Program-made: the position numbers and the translations under genes | In this document: positions 47,299 to 58,144 of the stretch, in pieces | Layout of the letters: each line of letters starts with the position of its first letter | Numbering within the stretch: position 1 is the first letter of the stretch | Virus record (IMG/VR): IMGVR_UViG_3300017934_000005 | Coordinates: 1-64,000 of that record | Length of the DNA stretch: 64,000 nucleotides | Source of the DNA: a virus | Strand: one strand, 5' to 3' | The notes under the pieces: generated by a model | Seen by the model: only the letters and a program-made list of their open reading frames with translations | Databases searched by the model: none | What the model was told of the DNA's origin: nothing

Positions 47299-47547
47299 TT
47301 ACAGCGTAAACTTTGGCGTAGCCTTGGCTTGCTGCGGCTTCAGAGCCATCTCAAGAGCATCGATTTCCTCGCGCAGACGAGCCACGATCTTTTCCACGTG
47401 TTCTGAAAGCGGTTTGTGATGCGCAAGCTTGCCAATAAGTTGAATACTGGCAATAGCACGAGACGTGCGAGCCTGAGCCAACTGAATGAATTTTTGTTGT
47501 TTTTCGCTGATAGCGATTTCAGTAGGTGATGCGTTTCCTGGTTTCAT
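47299..47547 (-). CDS. Small basic helical protein heading the ncRNA operon
   Basis: GGAGG SD, 82 aa, directly after the promoter. Confidence 0.75.
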   Translation of the reverse strand: MKPGNASPTEIAISEKQQKFIQLAQARTSRAIASIQLIGKLAHHKPLSEHVEKIVARLREEIDALEMALKPQQAKATPKFTL

Positions 47548-47564
47548 CTATCCTCCACATAAAC

Positions 47565-47593
47565 AAAATACCAAATCTCTCGCAGGTTGTCAA
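47565..47593 (-). promoter_or_regulatory. Sigma70-type promoter
   Basis: - strand TTGACA-17-TATTTT with TGG before -10. Confidence 0.78.
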
Positions 47594-47609
47594 CACTTAT
47601 TTTCGGGAA

Positions 47610-47834
47610 TTATAGAGTTAACTCCCCTGAAATTTCCTCAGTTGTTAAAGATCGCAGTCCAGCCTCTGTCCAATAAGATCGATCAGTTGGACAGGGTGAT
47701 TGAAGAACCAGATATTGCCATTCTCCTTCCTCAAAATCTAACACTTCCATGATTCGTCCGTAAAAACCAAGATCATCGATGAACACAACTTGGTTCTTCT
47801 TAAACTTTGGTTTCGGCTGTTTTATTTTTGGCAT
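47610..47834 (-). CDS. Small SH3/KOW-like protein
   Basis: PKFKKNQVV...GRI...WQYLV pattern. Confidence 0.5.
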   Translation of the reverse strand: MPKIKQPKPKFKKNQVVFIDDLGFYGRIMEVLDFEEGEWQYLVLQSPCPTDRSYWTEAGLRSLTTEEISGELTL

Positions 47835-47900
47835 TGCAATCCCTTTCTTTTCTTGTGGGAGTCATCTATATAATTCCCTTATTTTCAACTATTTTTGGGG

Positions 47901-48275
47901 TTACCAGAGTTTACGGAAGGCTCCACGGAGGGCGAGCCGACGCATACCGGCCTCGAAGACCTTGCTAGTCTTGCATTTCTTGACTCGCGGGTGTTCCATA
48001 TGAACCATTTCGTGGAGTAGAGTCGGGAGTGCAACGCGAAGATCGCGTTTATAACGAGCATTGATGATAATCTTGGCCTCTACATTGGCTTTTACCGTGC
48101 GGCCCTTGGGGTCCACAAGATCGAAAGTAAAAGTGCGGCCCATGATATCATGCATGAGCTTGTGGTGATTGGGAACAAATCGAATACTATGGAGATGAAG
48201 TTTTCCTCCAAAGTATTTTCGATTGTATTTGTTGAAGTAAATCTTAAGACTTCTATCCGTGAGTGTTCGGATCAC
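47901..48275 (-). CDS. SprT-like HExxH metalloprotease
   Basis: FNKYNRKYFGGKL...TLLHEMVH. Confidence 0.75.
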   Translation of the reverse strand: MIRTLTDRSLKIYFNKYNRKYFGGKLHLHSIRFVPNHHKLMHDIMGRTFTFDLVDPKGRTVKANVEAKIIINARYKRDLRVALPTLLHEMVHMEHPRVKKCKTSKVFEAGMRRLALRGAFRKLW

Positions 48276-48502
48276 GCCGTCCTCCTAATTATTTGCGGTA
48301 GAAGCGTACTGAAAAAAGTAGCGAAACTTTCCCACATGGAAAGGAAGCACTGGTTTCTCAAATCCATCGATGTGGAGTATGCGCCAGATCGAACGGTATC
48401 CGATCAAGACTCAGAGCAAGGATAGTTCCTGTTTAATCTGATCTAAAATCTCTTTGTCAAAATAGACCGAATCAGAACCACAAATGTAGGTTCGATAGGG
48501 TT

Positions 48503-49027
48503 TCAACTGTTGATCCTTGTGATCCATCCTGCCAAATCCTTTCGCTCCGCTGGCCTCGCGTTGGCGATCCCGATAGCATGGCTAACCAGGACAGCCTTGA
48601 ACGCGGACAAGAACGTGTAGACATCGGCGTCGTTAAGAGCCGCGAGTGTATGAGGACCGAAGACGCCATCCTCGGCAAGCTTGAGTAAACCCTGAGCGTA
48701 TTTGATCACGGTACCGGGTCCGAACAAGAAACCTAGATCGAAAATCTTATTGGCTTCGACCTGGTTTACAATTTGCGAATATAGCGGATGCCAATACGGA
48801 GGAACTTGCGGAGGCCGGCCATGAATATAGGCTTGGATAGCCTGGTCCTCGGTCAGGTTCTTGATATCCAGGTCGGGAAATTCATGCGCACTGATACCGA
48901 ACTTCGTGCCTTTTAATTCACCGGAACCCTTGACACCACCCGTCCAGTTTCCGGGATCGTCAACGTCGTCTTGGAAACCCCCTTCATGCTGTAGGGTTAT
49001 TGCTATTGCTATCTTCGGATCGGCCAT
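48503..49027 (-). CDS. Endolysin, glycoside hydrolase family 108
   Basis: HEGG, DPGNWTGG, TKFGISA, DGVFGPHT, GWITR. Confidence 0.9.
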   Translation of the reverse strand: MADPKIAIAITLQHEGGFQDDVDDPGNWTGGVKGSGELKGTKFGISAHEFPDLDIKNLTEDQAIQAYIHGRPPQVPPYWHPLYSQIVNQVEANKIFDLGFLFGPGTVIKYAQGLLKLAEDGVFGPHTLAALNDADVYTFLSAFKAVLVSHAIGIANARPAERKDLAGWITRINS

Positions 49028-50162
49028 ACAATCTTCGCTGAATCTCCTTCAGCGCCTCCTCGTGTGGATAGTTCTGAAAACAATAAGTTCGAAGCTCGGC
49101 CTCGGCGCGAGTTAAATTATTGACTTTACAAAATTTCTTGAGGCTGGTGCAGACATCGCAGAAATCGCTACCATCTTGATCTTCTTGGTTTGAAGGAATA
49201 TAGACGCCATGAATGCATTTGCCTCCAGGTTCCGTGACGCTAAAATTGTTAAGTCCCACTGGGACGAAGTCGATGCCGGCTGCTGGTACCACCACATCTG
49301 AACGTAGACTTGGAAACATTAGAGATTAGCCTCGGGTTGGAATTTACGCCACACTTCTATTTCTGACTTCACGAACTCGGCGATGCGTTCCCGCAACATT
49401 TCACGGATCACACGAACAACTGCTGAAACTTAGAAAAAATTTTATAGGTTCTTTCATTTTATTCACCGTGGCAGATGCATTGACATCCTCGACGCCGGCT
49501 CTTATTTAACAAACATCCACAGGTTGGACAAACCTGATTTGCTAAGGCTACGGATGTGCTCGACTTCTGCACTGGTTTCTCTCGGAAAACGTAAGGACAC
49601 TCACACTCGTCCAGTGGCTTTTCACACTGAGAGCAAAGCTGTTCAAAGTCGTGTAATCTCATTTTTTGGGATAAATCCCCCCATTTTGGTATAATCAACG
49701 TTCGGGTGAGTACCCTTAGATGCAACCATAGCATCAATGAAAAGATTTAACTCATCACCGTCAGCTTGGAAAGTTACAACTCGGTCAAGTTCAGGGAAAG
49801 CTTCTCCAATGTGCCACTGATACCAATAGTCGTGTCCGGGCATGGACCTACTCTTCATTTTTATTGCAAGCATCTATAAGCTCCTGTCGTTTCACTCGGG
49901 CTCGAACCCGGTGACCGTGAATGTCCTTGGGATAAGCTAGATAAAAAACCGAAGCATAGACCCTTCGACCTTTCTCGTCTAGTAAAGGCATCGTGGTGCC
50001 AGATACAAACAGGGGTTTGACATCAGACCATTTTACAACCTGACGTTCATTCGGAAAATTAAAACTAGAGTTTCGTAAGTTTCGTAGGTTGTAAAAGCTT
50101 TCATCGCGTTTGTATTTATTCGTGAAAGATATGATTTCAAATCCTTCCATTAGCCCTCCCTA

Positions 50163-50765
50163 TCATTCACCTTTTCCTTCCGCATCTTTCTCGAAAGTCT
50201 TCTTGAACAGAGTTTTCGTAGCTTGGTGATAAACTACAATTCCTTCGGGCTGCATAAACCCTGGAGCAGTCACACTCCCTCCCAGGCGTAATCCATTCAT
50301 CGCGGCTTCAATAGCCGAGGTTTCGAATAAACCTTCATAAAGAATGGGCACGACTCCACAGTAGGCTGGTCGTTGGTCTCGACCATCCCGCCAGCGATTC
50401 ACGTTGAAGAGACTGAATCTCTTTTCGCTGAGACCATACCGACGCTGAATTCCGAGACCCCACCACTCCCCGAAATGATGCCCAGGTCCGAGTTGGAGAA
50501 GTTCGTCTCGATGTTCGTGAGCCCACTTGGAAAAACCATAGTTGTCATCGGAAGGAGTAATCCAGCGGGTCCGTGAGCCTGTGAGAAAGAGACCTGCATC
50601 CCCGTTTTCCTCGCTGCCAATATAGATGCTCGCATTGGTTCCATCGATCTTCTTCGTGATCGTACAGCCGCGACTTAGCCTCCCGATCTTCGGCATTGGC
50701 TTAAACTCCGGTAGTGGCGGAGTACCAGAATTACACTCTGGAGTACCACAAAAATATGTCGTCAT
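50163..50765 (-). CDS. ATP-dependent RNA ligase (Rnl2-like adenylation domain)
   Basis: KIDGTN motif I, FGEW, FSLFN, PEGIVV, FKK. Confidence 0.82.
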   Translation of the reverse strand: MTTYFCGTPECNSGTPPLPEFKPMPKIGRLSRGCTITKKIDGTNASIYIGSEENGDAGLFLTGSRTRWITPSDDNYGFSKWAHEHRDELLQLGPGHHFGEWWGLGIQRRYGLSEKRFSLFNVNRWRDGRDQRPAYCGVVPILYEGLFETSAIEAAMNGLRLGGSVTAPGFMQPEGIVVYHQATKTLFKKTFEKDAEGKGE

Positions 50766-50766
50766 G

Positions 50767-51492
50767 TTAGTCTAAGCTCCCGTCTGCAGTTCCTAGCTGC
50801 TTGTAAGACTCGATTCCCAACGCTTTCGGACAACGACAATTTGGCCCACAAATGTGATTTAACAACCGGAGCCGACGACGTTCAGCTTTTTCGACTTCTA
50901 AAGCAAGTTCTTCTTGGAACGCAAGTCTCGCCGCGACTGGACCGCGTGCCTGGTACTTATCTGGATCGGCAATGAACTCCTCCAATTCGACCGGCTTGTA
51001 ATCGGTGTACTCCACAGCAAACAAACGTTGCCACGGATTATAAAGCTTGCCGGTTCGAGTAAACCGCTCGGTTTCTGGTTCGTTCTTATGGAAACCGTGC
51101 CAGATGTTGTGAAGGTGACCGTGAATATTCAGATCACATCCGCCTGGTAGTGACTTCGCCGGCTTGTGCGTGAACCAAATGTGCCGGAAGATCATGGCAT
51201 CGCAAGCGAAGTCAAATCCGTTCTGCATCCACCAGGTACAGTTATGGTGCCAATCATGGTTGCCACGAATCAACATCTTCCGGCCTGGAAGCGAAGGATA
51301 GATCGCCTTCCATCCCGCTGGCGGGCCAATAAAAACGTCGCCGGCACAGATAACTAAGTCTTGAGGCTGAACCACGGTCTGCCAATTGTGAACGATCAGG
51401 TCCGTAAAATTCCGGGGCCGATCACAATAGGTCTCGATCTTGCTGTGATTCAGGTGTGGATCGCTAATTATCCAAGTTTTCGGTGCGCTCAT
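50767..51492 (-). CDS. Calcineurin-like metallophosphoesterase
   Basis: SDPH, GD, GNHD, TH, HGHLH. Confidence 0.9.
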   Translation of the reverse strand: MSAPKTWIISDPHLNHSKIETYCDRPRNFTDLIVHNWQTVVQPQDLVICAGDVFIGPPAGWKAIYPSLPGRKMLIRGNHDWHHNCTWWMQNGFDFACDAMIFRHIWFTHKPAKSLPGGCDLNIHGHLHNIWHGFHKNEPETERFTRTGKLYNPWQRLFAVEYTDYKPVELEEFIADPDKYQARGPVAARLAFQEELALEVEKAERRRLRLLNHICGPNCRCPKALGIESYKQLGTADGSLD

Positions 51493-51996
51493 TAGTATCC
51501 TATCGGTGACCGGTCTCCATACTCCAAATTCTCGCTTAGGTATCCTCTCCAGACCGTAAGTTTGTCGCCGGGTTGTGGGGTTGCAGATGCCAGAAACCAG
51601 GTCTTAGCAGCTTCCACGACATCTTTCTGAGACAAAAATCGCGTGGTCTCATAACCCCAATCTGAGTTGAAGTAAGTAAGTTCAACGAAATCTGATTGAC
51701 CGGGACCCACGCGCTCAGGAGGAATTTTAATCGTAGCGTAGTAATGTTCGGCAATATAAATGCCAACATAGGTTGTGATGCGAAGTTGAAATTTGCTCAT
51801 GCATTTCGCTTCTTCAATGTAACTTGAACGATTGAGTGCCAGGGAAATCCTGCTTTGTCTTCTTCGTGCCAATACATGCCCTGTGACTGAACGTCCCGGA
51901 GCCAATCCATCACGATAGTTGCATCTGGTCGAGTATCGTGTTCACCGATTTCAACTTCAAAATTGTAAGCGCCCTCTGTTTCAACGTAGAGATGTC

Positions 51997-52227
51997 TCAC
52001 CAGGATATTCCCTCTCGATACCACTTCCAGAAATTACGTCCTTGGACCACAAATAAAACCGATCCTATGACAATAATAGACCAAGTCTTGTGTTGAATCC
52101 CAACTATCGTGGTGAAAAATTCAGCCAGGAAAGCCAGGAACGGACCAAGCAATCGCTTGTTACCCATGAGCCAGAGGCCGGCAAGCAGTAAAACTGTCGC
52201 CGAAAGTTGAACGACAAAATCAATCAT
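51997..52227 (-). CDS. Small three-TM membrane protein (PnuC-half-like)
   Basis: Hydrophobic helices ending NFWKW. Confidence 0.5.
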   Translation of the reverse strand: MIDFVVQLSATVLLLAGLWLMGNKRLLGPFLAFLAEFFTTIVGIQHKTWSIIVIGSVLFVVQGRNFWKWYREGISW

Positions 52228-53149
52228 GCGCCCTTCTTCAAAACTTTGACTACATCGATAAGAATACCACCAATGATAAGAAGTAATATGACCGTAAGAA
52301 TCGGATGATTTGATGCGAAATTAAGTATAGTGCTCATGCGCCCTCCGCGACCGAATGTGTGTTGTGGTGACCGAAATCAACCAGGTGATGTGAGTCCTCC
52401 TCCCGGGCCGGAATCTCGGCCATGACTACGCCTGGACAAAGTGGTTCAATCATTTGTTCAATGATTGTACCTGGTGTAGTTTTTTCCATTAAAGCGTTGT
52501 ATGCCTGTTGCCCATAGTCAAGAGTATCTTCAAGATTTTTGATTTTTAACTCCATTTCCCTCATAGCAATATCGTCTGCTTGTTTAAGAACGCCCAATGC
52601 TTCGATTTGAGCGTCGTAGGCACCCAGAAGAACCCTGATGCGATCCGGCGTCACGTAGAGACCGGCCGCAAGATTGAGACGAAGTTGGCGAATGCTCTCC
52701 TCAGGAGTCTCGACACGGACTTCCTTGACTTCTCTGACCTGACTCGCTCTCGCTGTTTTGCTTAACTCAGCCATTGGTTCATGTTCCTTTCCAGGATTTG
52801 AATCCATTCCTCTCGAATCTCGTCTTGAATCACTGGGTCAATACCATCCCACTCATCACCTATACCACCGCGATCACTCAGGTCCGCGATGATTTCATCC
52901 ACTGCAGCTTCATATCGCTCTCTCATATCTTTGTCATGTCTTCGGTCTTGGATTTTTCCTCGGCAATCTCAAAGACTTTGTGAGTGAATTCAGCCAGGGA
53001 GTCATCAATTTCTTCCTGATATTGTTGATAGTACACAGTCCACCAGTGTAACCAGATATTCTTCATGATTTTCTCCCAATCAGCTTGAGAGATAGTGTCA
53101 AATTCAGCCGGTTTATCCGGTACATTGATTGCAGCTTCAATCGCTATCT

Positions 53150-53490
53150 TCATTTGGGACCCCACGTGAAACAACGTTTGTAAACTTCTCTGGCTTTTTG
53201 ACTTCGGCGCTTTCCAAAATAAGGCATTAGCAGAGTTAAAACCTTCACAATGTCAGATTTTTTCTTTGTACGCCAGCGAAGTGACGGGCTGTGTTTACGA
53301 TTCTTGGGTTTCCATAAACGAAGATGCCCGACTTTCACAATCCTTAAAAACCGTCTGACCACATCGCGGTCTTTCATTCCTAATGCGAGCCCGGAGTCTT
53401 GCATTTGCCAGCTATGAAAATACAACCTTCACCCTCGAACAGGCCAGCAGCCCAAGCAATTTCTCTTGTTCTAATCTTTGTACGGATCAT
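53150..53490 (-). pseudogene. Frameshifted LAGLIDADG homing endonuclease
   Basis: ATG53490 frame gives EIAWAAGLFEGEGCI and stops at 53380; the rest (LALGMKDRDVVRRF...LMPYFGKRR) continues in the -1 frame. Confidence 0.75.
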
Positions 53491-54658
53491 ACTCCTCACT
53501 ACCGGCCATTGCCACACCTAAGGGTTTCAAGGTATGGAGAATTCTGATCGTGGGTCCCATTTCACGGAGTACATCAGGCAATCGCTTGTAGCAATCTGGG
53601 CTTTCATCCAGACCGGAACCGCGAAGCTCAATACCGGATTGGGTCAGCCAAGAATTCATCATAGCATTCGTTACTCTGCCCGGCCTGGTTATCTCTCCAG
53701 TTTTCCGATTTCGTTTGCCCGCCGCTTCCATTCGACCCATCACCCTCCCTGCACCATGGACGGTAGAGTAAAAAGTGCGTTCGGACTCAAAACCGGCTTC
53801 GGCTCCTTCGATGATAACTGCCGACTCAGCCATAGTGCCTCCAACAAATCCTCTCTGTCCGGGAAACGCAGGAGTCGCACCTTTTCGTACAACATACAGG
53901 TCTTTGCCATTGTGTTTTTCGAGCCAGGAAAAATTGTGATGGTTGTGGACCTGTTCAAGAATCTGTCCTCCTATGATATTAGCCACTTTCTGGCAGACCC
54001 AATCACGGCCAGCGTAGGCGTACCATCCCGCCAACTGCATAGCTTCCTGATACTGCACCCCCAGATCAGAGCAAGCATCCAAAACCAAGGGCTCGACATC
54101 CATACCGTCTTTCGCGCCTCCAGCCTTCAGAAACCAAGTCGCGGTCTTGTGTCCAAGTCCACGGGAACCAAAGTGAACACCTACCCAGATGCGCTCAAGT
54201 TCATCCTCGAAGATGTCAACGTAGTGATTCCCCGAGCCCACGGTACCAAGCTGGTCCTGGGCTAAGTCCTTCAGGTCTTTGTTGGCTTCAAGATGCCAAA
54301 GATTCGCGTCATCGAACATAGGGTGATCAATGACACTAGCATTTTTCCGGCCAATGCCGAAACTGATTTCTTTCCAAACAGAATCCATAAGCCGGCTAAT
54401 ATTTTCACGCACGTACTGAACAGGAACATCGAGACGAACAGCTTTGTTACCGCAGCCGATGTCATACCCGACGCCAGATGGAGAGATAGCATTTTCATAA
54501 GCTAGAACGCCTCCTATTGGAACCGCATAGCCTTTGTGGTGATCGGCCATCAGTGCTGCGCCCACGACTCGAGGATCACGGGCGCATGTTATGATCTGAA
54601 CCAGTGCGCCGTGATCCATAGGCCAACCATAGACCGGGATGTTCTCAACGATGTGCAT
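53471..54658 (-). CDS. rtcB: RNA-splicing/repair ligase RtcB
   Basis: MADHHKGY, VGYDIGCG, GSGNHY, HFGSRG, HNHHN, RKGA, HGAGR, DESPDCYK. Confidence 0.95.
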   Translation of the reverse strand: MHIVENIPVYGWPMDHGALVQIITCARDPRVVGAALMADHHKGYAVPIGGVLAYENAISPSGVGYDIGCGNKAVRLDVPVQYVRENISRLMDSVWKEISFGIGRKNASVIDHPMFDDANLWHLEANKDLKDLAQDQLGTVGSGNHYVDIFEDELERIWVGVHFGSRGLGHKTATWFLKAGGAKDGMDVEPLVLDACSDLGVQYQEAMQLAGWYAYAGRDWVCQKVANIIGGQILEQVHNHHNFSWLEKHNGKDLYVVRKGATPAFPGQRGFVGGTMAESAVIIEGAEAGFESERTFYSTVHGAGRVMGRMEAAGKRNRKTGEITRPGRVTNAMMNSWLTQSGIELRGSGLDESPDCYKRLPDVLREMGPTIRILHTLKPLGVAMAGSEEYDPYKD

Positions 54659-54892
54659 TTTTCTTTTTCTTTTTCTTTCGTTTTGGTTCTAAATACCCGC
54701 TTGGGATGTTGTTGCAGTCCTTCGGACCCTTCTCACAGAATTCACATCGCTCATAGGATCGAGCGAAGATCGAGGGTTCATTTTCGTAATTCTTTTCCAG
54801 ACACGGATTGCAAATAAACATGTTATCCCCTCAAAAGAAGTGCGACAAAGATCAGGAGTCCGACCACGATAGCAATTGCCACGGTACCCGAG

Positions 54893-56253
54893 TTAACGAA
54901 TCCATCTCCCGCTCTGGACTTCATAAGCCACTACTCCTGTCTCAGGATCGGTCACTGGAACCAAGTTAGGATCAAATATTTGGGGCGGTCGAGCCGCGTT
55001 CCGGGCTCGCTTGCGCTCTACGTAGGCCGCATGGCCTCCCCAACTCTTTTTCTCCCTATGACTCTTCTCTTGCTTTTTGCCTCGACCGTCCTCATTCCTC
55101 ATTTCGACTCCTCAAGCGCATTAGCTTTAGCCAACAATTCCTTCGCTTCAGCTAATTGGTCTGTCAGGCGAACAACATCTTTTGAGTATTCTTCAATGAG
55201 ACTTAGTTTTGCAGTTTGAAAAGTCGGATAATAAGACTCGTGCCAACCACCTACCTTGGCAGTTCGGATTTCACGGTTGTAGAATTTGTCTTTCAAAACC
55301 ACGAAAGCTTTGGTTTCGCGGACAACTTCAACGGTTTCAATTTTTCCGTATTTCACCCGATACCAAGTCATATATTTGTCCTCATGACTTCGGTCTCACC
55401 ACTGAACATCAGGACTACGGAGCCTTGAATTCTAAATGCCTTCATCTGAGCCAGAATAAGTTCGTACCACTTCTCGGCGGTCTCAAGCTCTTTCAGATCG
55501 TAGCCACGAGACCGGGCTCCACTGGGCATCTCGGTTGCGATCAAAATATCGGTCGGCATTAGTCGCCTTTCGGAAATCCGTTTTTCTGAATGGAAAGCAC
55601 GAAATTAAACTTCGTCACAGTCGTATCTCCTGGAATCTGTGAAAGTACCCGAGCTAGAATCCGACGAACATCACTGACGGTTTTTATTTTCAGGTCCGAC
55701 TTGATCTTCATTCAGTCTCCATACTGAAAACCAATCCCTCTTCATTGGTCTTCAAAGCGTCAAGAATCAGGTCAGCCTCGGTGTAGCCGGCATCCTTGAG
55801 ACCCTGGAAATAAGGAGCCCAGTCTTTGGTGATCAGGACCGGGACTGAAAACTTTTCTTCCGGCCAAAGGCGAGCAACCAGGACCTTGCGAAGATTGTAA
55901 CTGACCGGCACGGATCGAACCTGCGGCCGATAAGCTAATGGCATTGCCATCTATTTCTCCTTGAACCCAATTTGCGTGTAAGCATCACACAATCGTTCAG
56001 CAGCTTTTTCAGAAACCCCAATTGCCACGGTTTGTCTCCAGATGGCAGTCCAATGCTTGGTTTTGGAATTGAACCTATCTTCATGAAATTCTACTCTCCA
56101 ATTACTTTCGTTTTCCGATCCGTCCCAGTGACATGAGGGATATAAATCTGCACTCATGTGTGGGGGCTCATTAACCGGCTTAGGCATCAGAATAAACATG
56201 CTCAACGCTAGAAGCCCCAAACCGGACAAAACGAACAGAAACTTTTTCATCAC
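54893..56253 (-). other. Short accessory ORFs (54893-55102, 55099-55371, 55368-55559, 55708-55950, 55951-56253)
   Basis: Coupled - strand ORFs. Confidence 0.55.
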
Positions 56254-56588
56254 CAGATTCCTTTCAATGCGCCAATTTGAGCCAGGCCCAGCATGACGGC
56301 GTTGTGAGCTTTGTTCCTACTACCGCAATTCGGAGTACTGTACATATGAGCCATTTCGTGCAAGAGAAAGAAACAACAGAGTCGGCGAAAATATCTGAAC
56401 TGCTTTCCTATCGTGATCGTATCCTCGCCATCCCACATCGCCATATTGCCGCGAAACGGTTTGTCTGAGAATCTGACCCTAACATCCTCGTTCAACTCGT
56501 TGTTGAAGTAGGCCCGGTTATAGGCTTTGTAAAGCTTTGTAAGCGACCAGGCCGTGCCATCAAGACCAACTGTGATCATTCGAGACAT
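56250..56588 (-). CDS. SprT-like HExxH metalloprotease (paralogue of 47901-48275)
   Basis: YNRAYFNNEL...LLHEMAH...GALKGIW. Confidence 0.72.
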   Translation of the reverse strand: MSRMITVGLDGTAWSLTKLYKAYNRAYFNNELNEDVRVRFSDKPFRGNMAMWDGEDTITIGKQFRYFRRLCCFFLLHEMAHMYSTPNCGSRNKAHNAVMLGLAQIGALKGIW

Positions 56589-58144
56589 TACTGCTGCTCC
56601 GTGTTCTCCCCTCCGTATTGACCAACCGACTCTTTAGGAGTGTTTATGGTTCGACGCTTGTCGTAGATATCGCTACCTTCCGATTTCTCGATCCAGTAGC
56701 GCTTACCTCCCTCTGTAAAAGCCTTTGCATACGGCTTGTCCTCGATGAACTTGTTTTCGCCGGTTGTAATGAACCCAGTTATTTCCGAGCCGTCTGGGAA
56801 GATGAAATCCACTTTCTTGGTGTCATCGTTGTAGAGTACTTGAGCTTTGACGAGACCAGCAAAGTCTCCTTTCGGTCTATAATACTCGGTGACAGCACCC
56901 TGACTAGCATCATAACGTTGGCCGGCAATGGTATACTCTTTTTCGACGTACTCGATCTTCAAGTACTCCATGTTCTGGTGTGCGGCATCGGGATTGGCCG
57001 GATCAATGACCGGCTTCTTGAAATGGATACGCACATTGAAATTGTCGCCGCGAGTGGTCTGATACTTGAACGGCACGATCCAGCCATTTGCGTCCGTACT
57101 CTTCTCCCACAGATCGACGGGTTGACCTACTTTAGCAATCTCAATCTTGAAGAGTTGAGTCGGAGGATATCCGATCCGCTCCTCTTTTGGTTTTGGCTTG
57201 AAGAGAGCATCGAGTAAGGAACCCTGACGAATCACATCCTGGACCGATGTGACGCCCGAAATTTGTTCCAGGATATCCGGGATGCCAAAACCAGGGTCTC
57301 CTTCTTTATCGTTGTCTATGAGAACCAGAGCCATGCCTCCCGAGGGAGGAAAGAAAATTTTCAGCCGTGGCTTAGACTCAAGGGTATTGTCATGGACAAC
57401 AGTTCCCTCGATGTAGTCTCCATTGTTGTTATCCGGTTTCTCCTGGTTGATGATCTTATAATTCACCAATAAGATCGCTTGCTTCGCCGGCTTCCATACA
57501 AACTCGTTGGGATCGTCCATGTGAAGCGGATCGACTTCTTTGCGATCATAGGTACGATTCACGCTGATTTGAGCCGTCTCAATGATTTTTAGAGTCCCGT
57601 CCTTCTTTGCACCCTCGATCTGCTCACTGGTGAACGGAAACGCTTCGGTTACGTCTTGCTCCAAGAAAATCTTTCGTGGATTGTAACCCCCGACAAGCTC
57701 GGCCTCGGGACCGTAACTCGGCACCTGGCCCATCTGTTGTTTAAACTGGGCATCAAGTTCAGCGGCTCGGATACGAGCGTAAGTAGCTTCGGTAACTTCC
57801 TCTTCGTGTTCCAGGTCCGAGCGGAGATTGAAAGTCTCGATATACTTACGATTGTCTTCAGACTTCGGATCAAGAATTTGTTTCAGGTCTTCAAGGACCT
57901 TGTCCAATTGTTCCCGAACCTTGGCAACCGGGACGCGGCCATACACGATCACGAATTGACTCTCGCCTTTTTGCTGAGCCCAGAAGATACGGTCTGCGTA
58001 GGCAAAAGCCGCAAGTTTCTGCTTCTCAGTCCAGCCTTTGGCATTGCCCTCGTCCCAAAAACGTTGTCTGTATGGAGGCGCACAGCCGGCCATTGCAAAA
58101 AGTGAAGCTAAGACTGCGAATTTTACGATCTTGTTCAATTTCAT
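56588..58144 (-). CDS. Large lipoprotein
   Basis: Signal peptide with lipobox MAGC; 518 aa. Confidence 0.75.
   Translation of the reverse strand: MKLNKIVKFAVLASLFAMAGCAPPYRQRFWDEGNAKGWTEKQKLAAFAYADRIFWAQQKGESQFVIVYGRVPVAKVREQLDKVLEDLKQILDPKSEDNRKYIETFNLRSDLEHEEEVTEATYARIRAAELDAQFKQQMGQVPSYGPEAELVGGYNPRKIFLEQDVTEAFPFTSEQIEGAKKDGTLKIIETAQISVNRTYDRKEVDPLHMDDPNEFVWKPAKQAILLVNYKIINQEKPDNNNGDYIEGTVVHDNTLESKPRLKIFFPPSGGMALVLIDNDKEGDPGFGIPDILEQISGVTSVQDVIRQGSLLDALFKPKPKEERIGYPPTQLFKIEIAKVGQPVDLWEKSTDANGWIVPFKYQTTRGDNFNVRIHFKKPVIDPANPDAAHQNMEYLKIEYVEKEYTIAGQRYDASQGAVTEYYRPKGDFAGLVKAQVLYNDDTKKVDFIFPDGSEITGFITTGENKFIEDKPYAKAFTEGGKRYWIEKSEGSDIYDKRRTINTPKESVGQYGGENTEQQ

Noticed and set aside
46426-47419. 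Short ORFs 46426-46659, 46589-46807, 46955-47149, 47216-47419
   Set aside because: No SD, overlap with tRNA-like structures or antisense to real genes
50640-50660. TKKIDG instead of the usual TEKIDG in the RNA ligase as an inactivating change
   Set aside because: The catalytic KxDG and downstream motifs are intact, so inactivation cannot be claimed
53534-54265. 243-aa + strand ORF (and similar antisense ORFs, e.g. 56618-57217, 63144-63728, 12258-12803)
   Set aside because: Antisense shadows of clear genes such as rtcB, with no motifs
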